Program-made: the position numbers and the translations under genes
Origin: Fimbriimonadia bacterium
Lineage (GTDB): Bacteria; Armatimonadota; Fimbriimonadia; Fimbriimonadales; JABRVX01
Reading direction: 5' to 3'
Assembly (NCBI GenBank): GCA_041483895.1
Contig: JBGPGO010000007.1
Coordinates: 64,001 to 128,000, forward strand
DNA: 64,000 bases
In this document: in pieces, positions 1 to 10,067 of the stretch
How positions within the stretch are numbered: position 1 is the stretch's first letter
Layout of the letters: the number at the start of each line of letters is the position of its first letter
Notes under the pieces: model-generated
What the model was told of the DNA's origin: nothing
Seen by the model: the letters and a program-made list of their open reading frames with translations, nothing else
Databases searched by the model: none

Positions 1-2180
1 ATTCCTCCCGGACCGGTAATCCAGTCCGTTACTTTCGGCATATTCAGTCCGTCTACCGAAGCCATTATGGCAGCGGCGGCGACTGCGACTCCCGCCCCAA
101 AGTTTGCTCGCGCAAAATCCTTGTAGAAATCCGCATCCGGCATCCCACGGTCCTTGCCCGCGGATGGGATGGCACCGACTACCGTGTCGGCTTCATAGCC
201 CTCTACCTTACCGCCGCCGCAGTTAATCTTTCGGCTGAACGCCGTGCCTGTGTTCGTTCTTCCCTCAATCACAATCCCGGCTATGCACGGGAACTCGACT
301 TGACGGACGAATTCGATCCGGAGTGGATCGGCACTGACTTCGATGTCGTGAAAGACGTAGTCGAGGGCCTTGTTCCGGCCCACCTCTTTGAACACATCCA
401 AGGTATCGATCACTGTCTTGCCTTGCAAGCGCACGCCAAACACGCGCTTACCTATCGCATCGTGGAACGGCTCATTGAATTGCAGTCTCACACGGTACGT
501 GCCGTTGGGTACCGAAAGGCGATAGCCGTCCATGTCGTATCGGACAGTCTGGTACACGCCCACTTCCTCGGTACCGGTAACCGGCTCTGTAAATACGGCA
601 GCGTTCCCACCAACCGCTCCGTCCTTTGTCATTTGAGGTTTCCAGGACTTGGCGAAGAAGTTCGCGGGGACCCACGATTGATCCCACGCTGCGGCCGATA
701 GGGCGGAAACATTTAGCATCATTGCTTTGGTGCGCCAATGGATGCCAAGCAGCCCTGTGCATCCAAGCCGCCGTGCGTCGGCGGCATCGTACCGCATGCG
801 CGCCACCCAAGGCTGAGGCTGAGTCAGCATCGGATCGTTTTCCATCCATGGTATAGCCCATTTTGGACGCCCCGCAATATCCGCGAACGCGGGTTCGACA
901 GGATCATGTCCCACCTGGCGATTAATGCAACTCATGGGAGATGTCTTCGGCAGAATTCGGTCAAGCGCAGTTCGGTCGTTCTGAGGTCCAAGAACCCACC
1001 CGCACGTCGCCAGTACGAAAGGGTTCCCAAGGCATTGTAGAGCAGCAAGGGCCGCGCGTATGTCGCTTGTGGTAGCATCCAACCGCTGCTTGCTGTTGCC
1101 GCCCCACGTCCAATCCTCCGGCGTCCACAGCCAGTAGTAGTCCACCGGGCAGGCCCGTGAGATTCGCATGAAGATCCCCTCGTATATCTCCTGCACCGTA
1201 TTTGGATCGCCAGGGTCTCTTCCAAGAGCTTTGAGCCGCTCGCGCACGACGGTGGGAATGGTTAGCGGCGTCTCCGTGCCAACACATGTTTTCACACCCA
1301 ACTGCTTCGCCCGTGAAAACACGATGCGCATCATCTCGCCGACGCGCCTGAACAGCTCATTGGATTCCGTGGGAGTGGCTGGGCGTGGCATCAGCCCGGT
1401 CTGCGAGTAGTTGCCATAGCCGTCTTGCGCGAAAAGCAGCGCCGCGCCGCCCGCAAACTCTGAGGTTGCAACAGGGGCATACCCCCACGTGCCCTTCGTC
1501 GTATTGGCCCACGCGGACGGATAGCTGAACTTCACCCCTCCCCGCTCGTCGCAGTCCGAGGGGCTCCCGATCCACACCAGCGGCTCCGGACCAACGCCGC
1601 CCTCCGGGTAGCAGTGAAGGCCCAAAAAGTTCATTCGCATCTTCGGCAGTTGTTCTACATACGCAAGGTAGTCATCCTGATCCCACCAGTCAGGGCCTTC
1701 TGGGAAGTCGTGAAATGGCTGAATACCTCGTATCGTGAACAACGGCGTTGCCGTCTCGTTGAGGTGGGGAAGGGCATATGCGATCCTCTCGTCCGGAATC
1801 ACGTCGCCGTGCAGATAGAATCGCACACCCAGTTTCTCGGCGAAACGATACGCACCGTACAGCACGGCGACATCGCTCCCTCCGCTGATCATCAAACTCC
1901 CGCCTCTCGTTTTCAGACGAAATTGCTGCGGCGAGAGAGCAGGATCCACGCGCAGAACGATTCCCGTGGCGTGTGAGACGCGCGGGACTATTCGCAGCAG
2001 CTTCCCTGTCCGGAGGTAGACGTAGCGCCTTACCTCTCGCGCAGCCAGCCTGACGTTTGGAGAGGCGCCGGCGGGACAGACGATCACGTCCCCGGAAACC
2101 ATCGCAACGCAGGCAACCGCCGCCAGGACTAACGGCAACCCAAAGTGCGACTTCGTTCTTTTCCATTTGCATGTGTGCAT
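1..2180 (-). CDS. Secreted malectin-domain carbohydrate-active protein (GH-like N-terminal region); partial, runs off the left edge
   Basis: Not in the ORF track because it has no stop in the window. Manually translated segments from ATG 2180: MHTCKWKRTKSHFGLPLVLAAVACVA (signal-like), LAAREVRRYVYLRTGKLL, RGIQPFHDFPEGPDWW, then malectin-like VYQTVRYDMDGYRLSVPNGTYRVRLQFNEP..GKRVFGVRLQG; the start and the last codons at the window edge share the same frame. Confidence 0.75.
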   Translation of the reverse strand, partial: MHTCKWKRTKSHFGLPLVLAAVACVAMVSGDVIVCPAGASPNVRLAAREVRRYVYLRTGKLLRIVPRVSHATGIVLRVDPALSPQQFRLKTRGGSLMISGGSDVAVLYGAYRFAEKLGVRFYLHGDVIPDERIAYALPHLNETATPLFTIRGIQPFHDFPEGPDWWDQDDYLAYVEQLPKMRMNFLGLHCYPEGGVGPEPLVWIGSPSDCDERGGVKFSYPSAWANTTKGTWGYAPVATSEFAGGAALLFAQDGYGNYSQTGLMPRPATPTESNELFRRVGEMMRIVFSRAKQLGVKTCVGTETPLTIPTVVRERLKALGRDPGDPNTVQEIYEGIFMRISRACPVDYYWLWTPEDWTWGGNSKQRLDATTSDIRAALAALQCLGNPFVLATCGWVLGPQNDRTALDRILPKTSPMSCINRQVGHDPVEPAFADIAGRPKWAIPWMENDPMLTQPQPWVARMRYDAADARRLGCTGLLGIHWRTKAMMLNVSALSAAAWDQSWVPANFFAKSWKPQMTKDGAVGGNAAVFTEPVTGTEEVGVYQTVRYDMDGYRLSVPNGTYRVRLQFNEPFHDAIGKRVFGVRLQGKTVIDTLDVFKEVGRNKALDYVFHDIEVSADPLRIEFVRQVEFPCIAGIVIEGRTNTGTAFSRKINCGGGKVEGYEADTVVGAIPSAGKDRGMPDADFYKDFARANFGAGVAVAAAAIMASVDGLNMPKVTDWITGPGG

Positions 2181-2567
2181 CGGTATCTAGGTGAAGATTC
2201 TACGGTGGACGCCACCGACTCCTTGAAGCCGCTTCGAACGGAGTAGGCAGGAGCGGCGAACATCAAGTGGATGGCCCCAGCCCGGTTGATTATTCGTCCA
2301 CCAACAGACGCATGTTTGTGTCGCCAAAGCGGCCTTGAATGATGGATAGCAAATGGGACGCCGATTGAATTGGATCGTAGGACCGGTTAGAAATCCCTAC
2401 GCACGAAACGGCGCATTGGCGGACGGGCGAATGCAGTCACAAGTCCGATATGCCTACAATCGATAAACCCCTCGTTCCTTGAGCCTGGACTTCCAACCGC
2501 TCTTCCGAGTACCTGTCGTATTGGTATCGATAATGGCCCTTTTCGATACCAAAGGGAGGCAGAAACC

Positions 2568-3515
2568 ATGGCAATTGAACTCAAAGTTACAGAAGCCGCC
2601 CCAGCCGTACCGAACGCGCTGGAGTTCCTTCTGAAGTCCAAACGGAGCGAAGTCACGAGGCTGGCGTACCAGCGGGATCTAAGGCTGTTCTTCCGGGTCG
2701 TCGCAGGGACAGAACCAACGCCGCAAACGGTCGGCGCATTCTTCAAGCTCGATACCCCCGGCGTCGTTCGAGCGATGCTCACCTTCAAGTTGCAGCAGAT
2801 AGAGCAAGGGGTTGCCGAGGTTACGCTGAACCGGCGGCTGACGGCGATTCGCTCGCTTCTCAGCGTGGCAAGGCAGCTCGGGCTAACAGAGGTCATTTCG
2901 CAGGGACTTGTTCCCGGAGAGAAGACGATGCAGTACCGGGACACCAGAGGCGTCGACAAAGAGGCAGCGGCCGCGATGCTGATGCTGCCGAACACCTTTA
3001 CCGTCAAGGGGAAGCGCGATGCGGCGATCCTCCGGTTGTTCTGGGAACTGGCGCTACGAAGGCAGGAAATCTGCAATCTGACACGAGCCGACTTCGACCC
3101 GGAAGCAAAGACGCTGGCCGTTCGCGGCAAGGGAAAGGGAACGCAGAAGGTGCTGATGACGCTGAGCGACAAGGCAATCGAGGCGATCGGCGACTACCTC
3201 GCATGTCGGAACGATAGCCGACCGGAACTGTTTCTCTCCTGCACCAGGGACGGAAACGGACAGCTCTCCGGCATCACGGGCGTCGGACTGGCGTTCATGG
3301 TGAAGCACTACGCGAGGAAGGCCGGGATCCAGAACTTTAGTCCCCACAAGTGGCGGCACACGAGCATCACCGCCTACCTACGTGCCACAGACGGCGACGT
3401 GCGCGGCGCACAGAAGCTCAGCCGCCATGCCAAGCTGGAGACGCTGATGATCTACGACGATGCACGGGAAGACATCCAAGGCCGAGCGACGAGGCTGCTG
3501 TCGGAATTGGCATGA
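2568..3515 (+). CDS. Tyrosine-type recombinase/integrase (XerC-like)
   Basis: Catalytic residues: R (ELALRRQEI after RDAAILRL), K (RGKGK), HxxR (HKWRHT), H (SRHA), Y (LMIYD); N-terminal SAM-like domain; RBS GGGAGG upstream. Confidence 0.92.
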   Translation: MAIELKVTEAAPAVPNALEFLLKSKRSEVTRLAYQRDLRLFFRVVAGTEPTPQTVGAFFKLDTPGVVRAMLTFKLQQIEQGVAEVTLNRRLTAIRSLLSVARQLGLTEVISQGLVPGEKTMQYRDTRGVDKEAAAAMLMLPNTFTVKGKRDAAILRLFWELALRRQEICNLTRADFDPEAKTLAVRGKGKGTQKVLMTLSDKAIEAIGDYLACRNDSRPELFLSCTRDGNGQLSGITGVGLAFMVKHYARKAGIQNFSPHKWRHTSITAYLRATDGDVRGAQKLSRHAKLETLMIYDDAREDIQGRATRLLSELA

Positions 3516-3616
3516 TATTGTCAAATCAGCGCATGTTGCTGTCAATCGCCATAGCTGACGGCTTCCTAAACGCGACTTCATGAAGCGGAACAGATTCGAA
3601 AAGCAGGATCCGACGC

Positions 3617-5542
3617 TCAATCTCGACGCAGATTCTCATCGGGATGGAAATTAGGAAGATCCATATGGGGTTCAGACATAGCATGAATCAAGGTGATATC
3701 ACCAGATCCCGTGTCACCTACCATCACCCCCGAGCGCCAACCATATCCCTTCAAAATCTGTCGGGGTCCCGGGCCGTTCTGAAATTGTTTATACTCGTCA
3801 TGCGAGACAAGAAGAGAGTAATCGTAGAACGGTAAATCGATCGTTCCGTCTTCGTGATAACTGCCGCCGCCGAAAAAACAGCCGACGATGCCGGGCGCCG
3901 TTTCTTCGTAAAATGTAAGCGGATCGTCGTTCTTGATCAGGGGCGACTTGGCCGGATTTAGCCAAGGGCCGGCGCGACCATCATCTGGACACAATGCCTT
4001 GTACGCTGTGAGCGCGTCTCTCTGCATCGGGGACAGAGCACGGGCAGGAATAGACTTGTCGCTCCTCAATACGCTCTTTTGGTTTGGGCTGAGGGTCGCC
4101 CAGAATCGCATCATCGCGATTTCTTCGGATTGGCATACCGGCCCTTGGAATCCCCTCCATGTCACTTGGAGCGTATCCAGCAGCTGTCGGAACCGGCTAT
4201 CAGTCATGTGGGAAGCAATGGAGGCCAAGTCATCGAATGAGGGCACTCCGTTGAAAAGCACCCGATATAATTGATGCAGGATGGGGCGCGGACAGCTATC
4301 GTTGCCCGCGATCCGAACCGACTGACTGGCGGCTCCGACGATCCAATCTCCTGACGATTTCCAGCAAATTTCGTCCTGGCCAATCTGGTACAGCAGGTCG
4401 GCCAGCCGGCAATGACCCGTGGGCGCCTGACTTCGTAGCATGCCGTCGTTGAGCTCCACAACAATGGGCATGTTCGTCGAGCTCGATATCTGTCTGAGCA
4501 ATGGAGAAGTCACGACATCGAGCGGGTCCAGAAAGTCGTTCGCACCGTGCGAATGGACCCATTGACCATATGGTTTCCAAAGGTACAAGAGCCGCTCGGC
4601 AGTGAGATCGGATATCGGTTTCGGAACTGAAATGACTGGATTGTCCTGAATTTGCACCAACGAGGCCGGGCTGGGTTTCTCGGCGCTTGGAAGCGGCAAC
4701 ATCAGCGAATGCGACTGCAACAAAGGACGATTGTGCAAGTCGATAAGCGAAGACACGACATCGACCGAATAATCAAATGCCTTTACTGAGATCCGAAGCG
4801 ACTTACAATTGGCAAGTTTGCGACCTTCTTTGGAGCGCAAAATCGATCGGGCGTGGGTGGGGACGAAACCTTCCAGATCGTACTCTTTCGCAGCGGATAC
4901 TTGCCATGTCTTGCATGGTTCCTCGATACCGCTCAGCCCAACAATGACCTGCGCCGTAGACCCTTCCAGCACAGTCCACCACTGCGCCTCGCTCCACTGA
5001 TCCAGCACGTCGAACGCTATGTTGCTGTCGGGATACGCTTGCTCCCAACAGTCATCACTTTGCTCGGGCCCATACTCCTGGTCAGGCACATGGAACCGCT
5101 CACTGGCCGGCAGATCCCGCTCCCGTCGCCGCCGGGCCATTTCGGTCATGATCGCGGCAAGGTTCCGATCCTCCTTCGCCTTGGCGGCAGATTGGCTAAG
5201 TCGATTGCGATAGGCTCTTTGCTGAGGAGATTCCCGTAATACGTAGCCGCCACCTCTCTTGAACCAAGTGAGGTCCAGCGACTCAGCGAGCCGGTTCATC
5301 ACCTCGCGAAGCGGCCGCCCTTTTGCGCAAAGAAAGACGATCCGATTCCTGTTGGCGGCATCGGCCGACAATGGGACTTTGGTTTCCCTCGTCAGCAGTT
5401 CAAGAATCTCTGCGACGGACAGGCAAGAGCCGGCAGAATTCACCGTCAAGTTCAAGGGATTTCTTGCCGGGAGGACAGTCTTCCGTAAGGTGGCTCCCCC
5501 CAAGATTAGTGCCAAGACCCCTATTGCAGCAACAAATCTCAT
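3617..5542 (-). CDS. Hypothetical exported protein with STN/secretin-N-like N-terminal domain
   Basis: 641-aa ORF; signal-like N-terminus (MRFVAAIGVLALILGG); motif SVAEILELLTRETKVPL..PLREVMNRLAESLDLTW..GGGYVL resembles STN-type domains. Confidence 0.6.
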   Translation of the reverse strand: MRFVAAIGVLALILGGATLRKTVLPARNPLNLTVNSAGSCLSVAEILELLTRETKVPLSADAANRNRIVFLCAKGRPLREVMNRLAESLDLTWFKRGGGYVLRESPQQRAYRNRLSQSAAKAKEDRNLAAIMTEMARRRRERDLPASERFHVPDQEYGPEQSDDCWEQAYPDSNIAFDVLDQWSEAQWWTVLEGSTAQVIVGLSGIEEPCKTWQVSAAKEYDLEGFVPTHARSILRSKEGRKLANCKSLRISVKAFDYSVDVVSSLIDLHNRPLLQSHSLMLPLPSAEKPSPASLVQIQDNPVISVPKPISDLTAERLLYLWKPYGQWVHSHGANDFLDPLDVVTSPLLRQISSSTNMPIVVELNDGMLRSQAPTGHCRLADLLYQIGQDEICWKSSGDWIVGAASQSVRIAGNDSCPRPILHQLYRVLFNGVPSFDDLASIASHMTDSRFRQLLDTLQVTWRGFQGPVCQSEEIAMMRFWATLSPNQKSVLRSDKSIPARALSPMQRDALTAYKALCPDDGRAGPWLNPAKSPLIKNDDPLTFYEETAPGIVGCFFGGGSYHEDGTIDLPFYDYSLLVSHDEYKQFQNGPGPRQILKGYGWRSGVMVGDTGSGDITLIHAMSEPHMDLPNFHPDENLRRD

Positions 5543-5735
5543 TCCAACTCAATAATATCACAAATACGCAATGAGCTGTTGCGGCGGCTCCGTGGCCATG
5601 AAGACTTCGAAACGCGACAGGTGCGTGCGGGCCATTCCCTATCGAAAATCGCCATAATCGACACCAAGAACACTGCTGCGAATCGCACCGCGAGGGCTGC
5701 GCAGCATCGAGCGCCAGGATGGCGGTGAATTCCCG

Positions 5736-5846
5736 AGTGAGCGCACCGAATACATCCGCGACGGCGACGATGCTTTCGGCAAGTGGCATCCGTTCACCTT
5801 TCAAGCCTTCCAAGTAGCCGTTGCCGTACCAGCGTTCCTGATGGTA
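5736..5846 (-). pseudogene. HD-GYP phosphodiesterase C-terminal remnant
   Basis: YHQERWYGNGYLEGLKGERMPLAESIVAVADVFGALT matches the HD-GYP consensus HHERWDGxGYPxGLKGEEIPLxARIVAVADVFDALT with degenerate key residues; no upstream HD segment recognised. Confidence 0.7.
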
Positions 5847-5919
5847 TGGAAGCCTTCCTAACTGATTCTGTGCAAGAACGGGGCCGGATTAGCCGCAACT
5901 GAAGAAAGTCGAGTTCGAA

Positions 5920-6450
5920 GTGTATAATAGGGTCGGGGAGCGGCTAAGACTTGTACAAACCGATCCAGATCCGAACGCAACGCCTGTTCATAGGCGGACA
6001 CTCTTGACCGACTTTACATGGTCGGTGCGAGTTCGCGCCGCAGGTAAACAGGAAGCAACGGTTCATTCTCGGAACCACACGTTCCGCGTTGGACCGCAGC
6101 TAAGCTTCGCCCAAAGCGATTCCAATCCCACTGCCCTCGAGTTCTTCATTGGCGCCTTCGCGGCGGATATCGTCAATGGCTTTCAGCGGGCCGCCGCCAA
6201 GCGGAGAATAGCGCTCGATGAACTTGAATTCTCCGTGACCTGCCGGCTGAACAACCCGCTGGTGCACGTGGAGGTTATCGGTGAGGAAGGCCACCCCGGA
6301 ATCGAACAGATCGACGGAACGCTTTACGTCTTCGCTGATTCCGAACCGAATGTCATCGAAGAGCTTTGGAACGAAACGCTTTCAATGTCACCTCTGGTCA
6401 CTACACTGAAGGACTCGGTGACCTTAATGTTGCGTATAAATATGATCTAA
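5920..6450 (+). CDS. OsmC-family protein (true start may be later, e.g. TTG ~6004)
   Basis: PTALEFFIGAFAADIVNGF..RRIALDELEFSV..SPLVTTLK fits the OsmC/Ohr-like fold; first gene of a tightly packed operon. Confidence 0.7.
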   Translation: MYNRVGERLRLVQTDPDPNATPVHRRTLLTDFTWSVRVRAAGKQEATVHSRNHTFRVGPQLSFAQSDSNPTALEFFIGAFAADIVNGFQRAAAKRRIALDELEFSVTCRLNNPLVHVEVIGEEGHPGIEQIDGTLYVFADSEPNVIEELWNETLSMSPLVTTLKDSVTLMLRINMI

Positions 6451-6463
6451 GGGGGAAACGAGC

Positions 6464-7615
6464 ATGTATGCACTAACAGAGAAGCAAGCGTCCATCGTCG
6501 GTCAAATCCACAAGCTCGTGGAAGAAAACGTCGCTCCGCAAGCAGCCGACGTTGATCGACAAGGAAGGTTTCCGAAAGAGGCAATCGACGCGCTGGCGGC
6601 TGAGGGATTGCTGGGGTTGACGGTCCCGCAAGAATACGGAGGCATGGGTGAAGGGGTACGAGTTGCCGCCGCCGCCCTCGACGAGATCGCCCAGGGCTGC
6701 GCCTCCACCGCGATGATTTATCTGATGCACCTGTGCGGGGTCGCCTGCTACAGCGCGGCCCCGAAAGTAGCCAACGGGCAGCTTCGGGACGCCGCCAAAG
6801 GCGAGCATCTCAGCACTCTCGCTTGGAGCGAAGCAGGCTCGCGCAGCCACTTTTGGGCTCCGATCAGTCAAGCCGCGCAGAAGAACGGCCATGTGTCGCT
6901 CAATGCCAAGAAATCTTGGGTTACTTCGGCGGGGTACGCGGACGGCTACGTCGTATCCAGCCGTACCCCGGGAAGCCAAGCGCCCACCGATACCATGCTC
7001 TATCTGGTTCTAAAGGAGGATCCGGGCCTGAAAGTGGACGGCCCATGGGACGCGCTGGGAATGCGTGGAAACGCCAGCGCACCGATGATTCTTGCGGACT
7101 GCGAGGTCCCTGCAAGCCGGGCGCTCAGCGAGCCGAGCAAGGGCTTCGACTTCATGCTCTCGGTGGTTCTTCCGACGTTTCAACTCGGCAACGCGGCCAT
7201 CTGTGTCGGCATATGTGAGGCGGCGGTCGCCGCGACAACCGCCCACCTTATTGGTAAAGGCTTCGAGCACCTCAATACCAGACTCGCGGACCTGCCAAAC
7301 CTGCGCGCACGGCTTGCGCAAATGCGCATCGAGACGGATCGTGCTCGCGCACACCTTGCAAGCGCGATCAACGCCGTCGAAACCCCAGGTCCGACGACGA
7401 TGCTCATGGTTCTGGAGGTTAAGGCTGCGGCCGCGGAAAGCGCGATCACGGTAACGGACCTTGGAATGCGGGCCTGCGGCGGTGCGGCGTTCAGCAGGCA
7501 ATTGGGACTGGAGCGCAACTTCCGAGACGCGAGGGCGGCGGGTGTCATGGCTCCAACGTCGGACGTGATCCACGACTTCATCGGCAAAGCGCTCTGCGGA
7601 ATGGACCTGTTCTAG
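6464..7615 (+). CDS. Acyl-CoA dehydrogenase family flavoprotein
   Basis: VPQEYGGMG, LAWSEAGSRS, LNAKKSWVTS, LGMRGNAS, CGGAAFSRQLGLERNFRDARA motifs. Confidence 0.92.
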   Translation: MYALTEKQASIVGQIHKLVEENVAPQAADVDRQGRFPKEAIDALAAEGLLGLTVPQEYGGMGEGVRVAAAALDEIAQGCASTAMIYLMHLCGVACYSAAPKVANGQLRDAAKGEHLSTLAWSEAGSRSHFWAPISQAAQKNGHVSLNAKKSWVTSAGYADGYVVSSRTPGSQAPTDTMLYLVLKEDPGLKVDGPWDALGMRGNASAPMILADCEVPASRALSEPSKGFDFMLSVVLPTFQLGNAAICVGICEAAVAATTAHLIGKGFEHLNTRLADLPNLRARLAQMRIETDRARAHLASAINAVETPGPTTMLMVLEVKAAAAESAITVTDLGMRACGGAAFSRQLGLERNFRDARAAGVMAPTSDVIHDFIGKALCGMDLF

Positions 7616-7616
7616 A

Positions 7617-8441
7617 ATGGCGGCCCCGATCCTCGTTGGCGCGGTCGTATATGACCCCAAGGTAGTGTTGATCTGGGAAATCATCAAGGACTTCTTCGAA
7701 CAGAACGATTGCGCGATGGACACCGTGTTCTACAGCAACTATGAGTTGCAGGTCGAGTCTTTGTTGAAGAACCAAATCCATATCGCGTGGAATTCACCTC
7801 TCGCTTGGCTGGACGCCCAGCGACAATCAGGCGGGCATTGCCGTGCGATTGCCATGCGGGACACCGACCGGGACCGTGTCTCTCATATCGTCGCCCAGAA
7901 GCAAAGCGGTTTCACCAACCTTGGTGATCTTCGCGGCAAGACATTCGCCACGGGAGCGAAAGACTCTCCACAATCAACTCTTATCCCAACCGGACTGATG
8001 CAGCGGAACGGTCTGAACCCGGGAGTGGATTTCCAGGTCCGAAGATTTGATGTGCTTGTCGGAAAGCACGGGGATCACATTGGGGGGGAGCTGGACGCTT
8101 TGAAGTCCCTCCAAACCGGGGAAAGCGATGCCTGCGCTCTGCTGGACCTCAACTGGCAGAGGTGGAAGACCGACGGAACGGCCGATCCGTCGAAATTGGC
8201 CGTGATCGCGACCACCGATCGGTTCGATCACTGTGTTTTCACAGTCGGCAAGGAGTTCCCACAGGACGATCAAGAACGGTGGCTCACAGTGCTGCACGCG
8301 ATGAGCTACGACAATCCCGACCACCGCGAAATGATGGATATGGAGGGTCTTAAACAGTGGCTCCCGGGCCGGACGACACAGTTCACGGCGCTGACGGAGG
8401 CGGTGGAGAGGCAGGGCTTCTTCGAAGGGAGCTCATCATAG
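7617..8441 (+). CDS. PhnD/SsuA-type substrate-binding-fold protein without signal peptide
   Basis: YSNYELQVESLL..IHIAWNSPLAW, DLRGKTFATGAKDSPQSTLIP and FDHCVFT fit the phosphonate-binding-protein fold; no N-terminal hydrophobic leader. Confidence 0.75.
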   Translation: MAAPILVGAVVYDPKVVLIWEIIKDFFEQNDCAMDTVFYSNYELQVESLLKNQIHIAWNSPLAWLDAQRQSGGHCRAIAMRDTDRDRVSHIVAQKQSGFTNLGDLRGKTFATGAKDSPQSTLIPTGLMQRNGLNPGVDFQVRRFDVLVGKHGDHIGGELDALKSLQTGESDACALLDLNWQRWKTDGTADPSKLAVIATTDRFDHCVFTVGKEFPQDDQERWLTVLHAMSYDNPDHREMMDMEGLKQWLPGRTTQFTALTEAVERQGFFEGSSS

Positions 8442-9589
8442 AACGGTTACCTCTTTTTCCGGTCACCACAGTTGGCAGCTGGCCACGTTCGCAAGAGTTG
8501 CTCCGGGCGTTCCGGCTAAAGCAACGGGGAGAGATGAGTGCTGCCGCCTTCGATCAGATTGCCGATGTCGCAGTCCGAGAGGTTCTTAGGTTGCAAGACG
8601 AAGCGGGAGTGGACATTGTTACGGATGGAGAGCAGCGGCGCGACAACTTCTATTCGTTTGTGGCGGAGAAACTCGACGGCGTCAAGCTAATGTCCCTCGC
8701 GGAGATGCTGGACCTCGTTGATGATAAGGCAGGCTTCGAGAAGATCCTACAGACCCTCGACGTCCCCGCCTATTCCATCAAGAATCCCACCTGCGACGGC
8801 AAGATCGCTCGGCGCATGCCGCTCGCACTCGACGAATATCTATTCCTGCGCCGGCATACCGACAAGCCGATCAAAGTAACGCTTCCCGGCCCCTATCTGC
8901 TCACCCGGGCTATGTGGGTTCCCGAGGTGAGCCGAGAGTTCTATGATTCCAAGGAGGATTTGGCGGAGGATGTGGTGACAATCCTGCGGCATGAGCTGAC
9001 GGACCTCATGGATGCGGGAGCCACTTTCGTCCAGTTCGACGAGCCGGTGCTGACTGAGCTGATGTTCACGCAGGGTCAGACGCGCACGTTCATGTGCGCC
9101 GCGCTCGCGTCAAGAAACGATCCGGCGGAAGAGCTGGAATTCGCGGTTGGCCTGATCAACCGCGTCGCCGAGGGCGGTGAAGGGCTGCGGATTGGGTTGC
9201 ATGTATGCCGGGGGAACTGGAGTCGAAATGAGGAGACGCTTCTTCGAGGCTCTTACCACCCGCTCGTCTCGTACTTTGACAGGATGCACGTCCAGCAGTT
9301 CGTGCTCGAATATTCGACGCCGCGCGCCGGCGAACTGGTCGCGATTGACGGGAAGGAGATCGGCCTCGGGGTCGTCAATCCACGCACATCGGAGGTGGAG
9401 ACGGTTGATCAGATCGTCGCGAGAGTTCGAGCGGCCATGGACATTATTCCGGTGGAGCGCATGTTCCTCAATCCGGACTGCGGCTTTGGGACATTCTCCG
9501 CCCGTCCGATGAATGACACGGAGACGGCAACCCGGAAGATGAAGGCCATTGGGAGAGCCGCACAGGCATTGAGAGAGGGCGTCGCATAG
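8438..9589 (+). CDS. Cobalamin-independent methionine synthase catalytic-core family protein (MetE C-terminal/Mes-like); start uncertain (ATA 8438 or GTG 8357)
   Basis: TTVGSWPRS, GVDIVTDGEQRRD, KVTLPGP, VQFDEP, Zn ligands HVCRGN and NPDCG. Confidence 0.88.
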   Translation: MERLPLFPVTTVGSWPRSQELLRAFRLKQRGEMSAAAFDQIADVAVREVLRLQDEAGVDIVTDGEQRRDNFYSFVAEKLDGVKLMSLAEMLDLVDDKAGFEKILQTLDVPAYSIKNPTCDGKIARRMPLALDEYLFLRRHTDKPIKVTLPGPYLLTRAMWVPEVSREFYDSKEDLAEDVVTILRHELTDLMDAGATFVQFDEPVLTELMFTQGQTRTFMCAALASRNDPAEELEFAVGLINRVAEGGEGLRIGLHVCRGNWSRNEETLLRGSYHPLVSYFDRMHVQQFVLEYSTPRAGELVAIDGKEIGLGVVNPRTSEVETVDQIVARVRAAMDIIPVERMFLNPDCGFGTFSARPMNDTETATRKMKAIGRAAQALREGVA

Positions 9590-10067
9590 CCTGTCGAAGG
9601 ATGGACCGGCCGGTTGCGAGCGATACAGCACACTTGCGGTTCGGAGGCGAGGAGCGCTAATCTGTTTTTGACGCCAATCATCGACATCGTACAATAATCA
9701 GGACCGAAACTACGCGATCTCGGAACGCTCTACATCTCCCGCAACATGACGCACAGATCTCCAATAGGGTGTATAAGGCGGCGATGAGCGACAAGATGGG
9801 TTTGAAGTCCTACGCAAAGGATATCAAGCGAAGGGCGAAGGAACGGAATTAGCGTGCTCTTCTCCATGGTGGGAATATACCTCCCACAAATTCTGTCTCC
9901 AGCTATCGAAAATGTCCATTATCGATAGCAACAAAATTGCTGAGCCCTCGAAGCGGTGCTTGCGAAGAGGTGAGATGAGAGAGATCGCCTCGTTCTTCAC
10001 GAGCGGTGCCTGCATCAAGAGGCGAGCGAAACTCCGGCGACGCGATGGTGCATTCGACATGCAGGTC

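Noticed and set aside
300..2172. Short ORFs in the track over the first 2.2 kb
   Set aside because: They are explained by one long minus-strand CDS (start 2180) that lacks a stop within the window.
2568..3515. Tyrosine recombinase as the mobiliser of repeat A
   Set aside because: No repeat copies were found within about 33 kb of it, and bulged ssDNA hairpins fit HUH-type enzymes better; no such gene is seen in the window.
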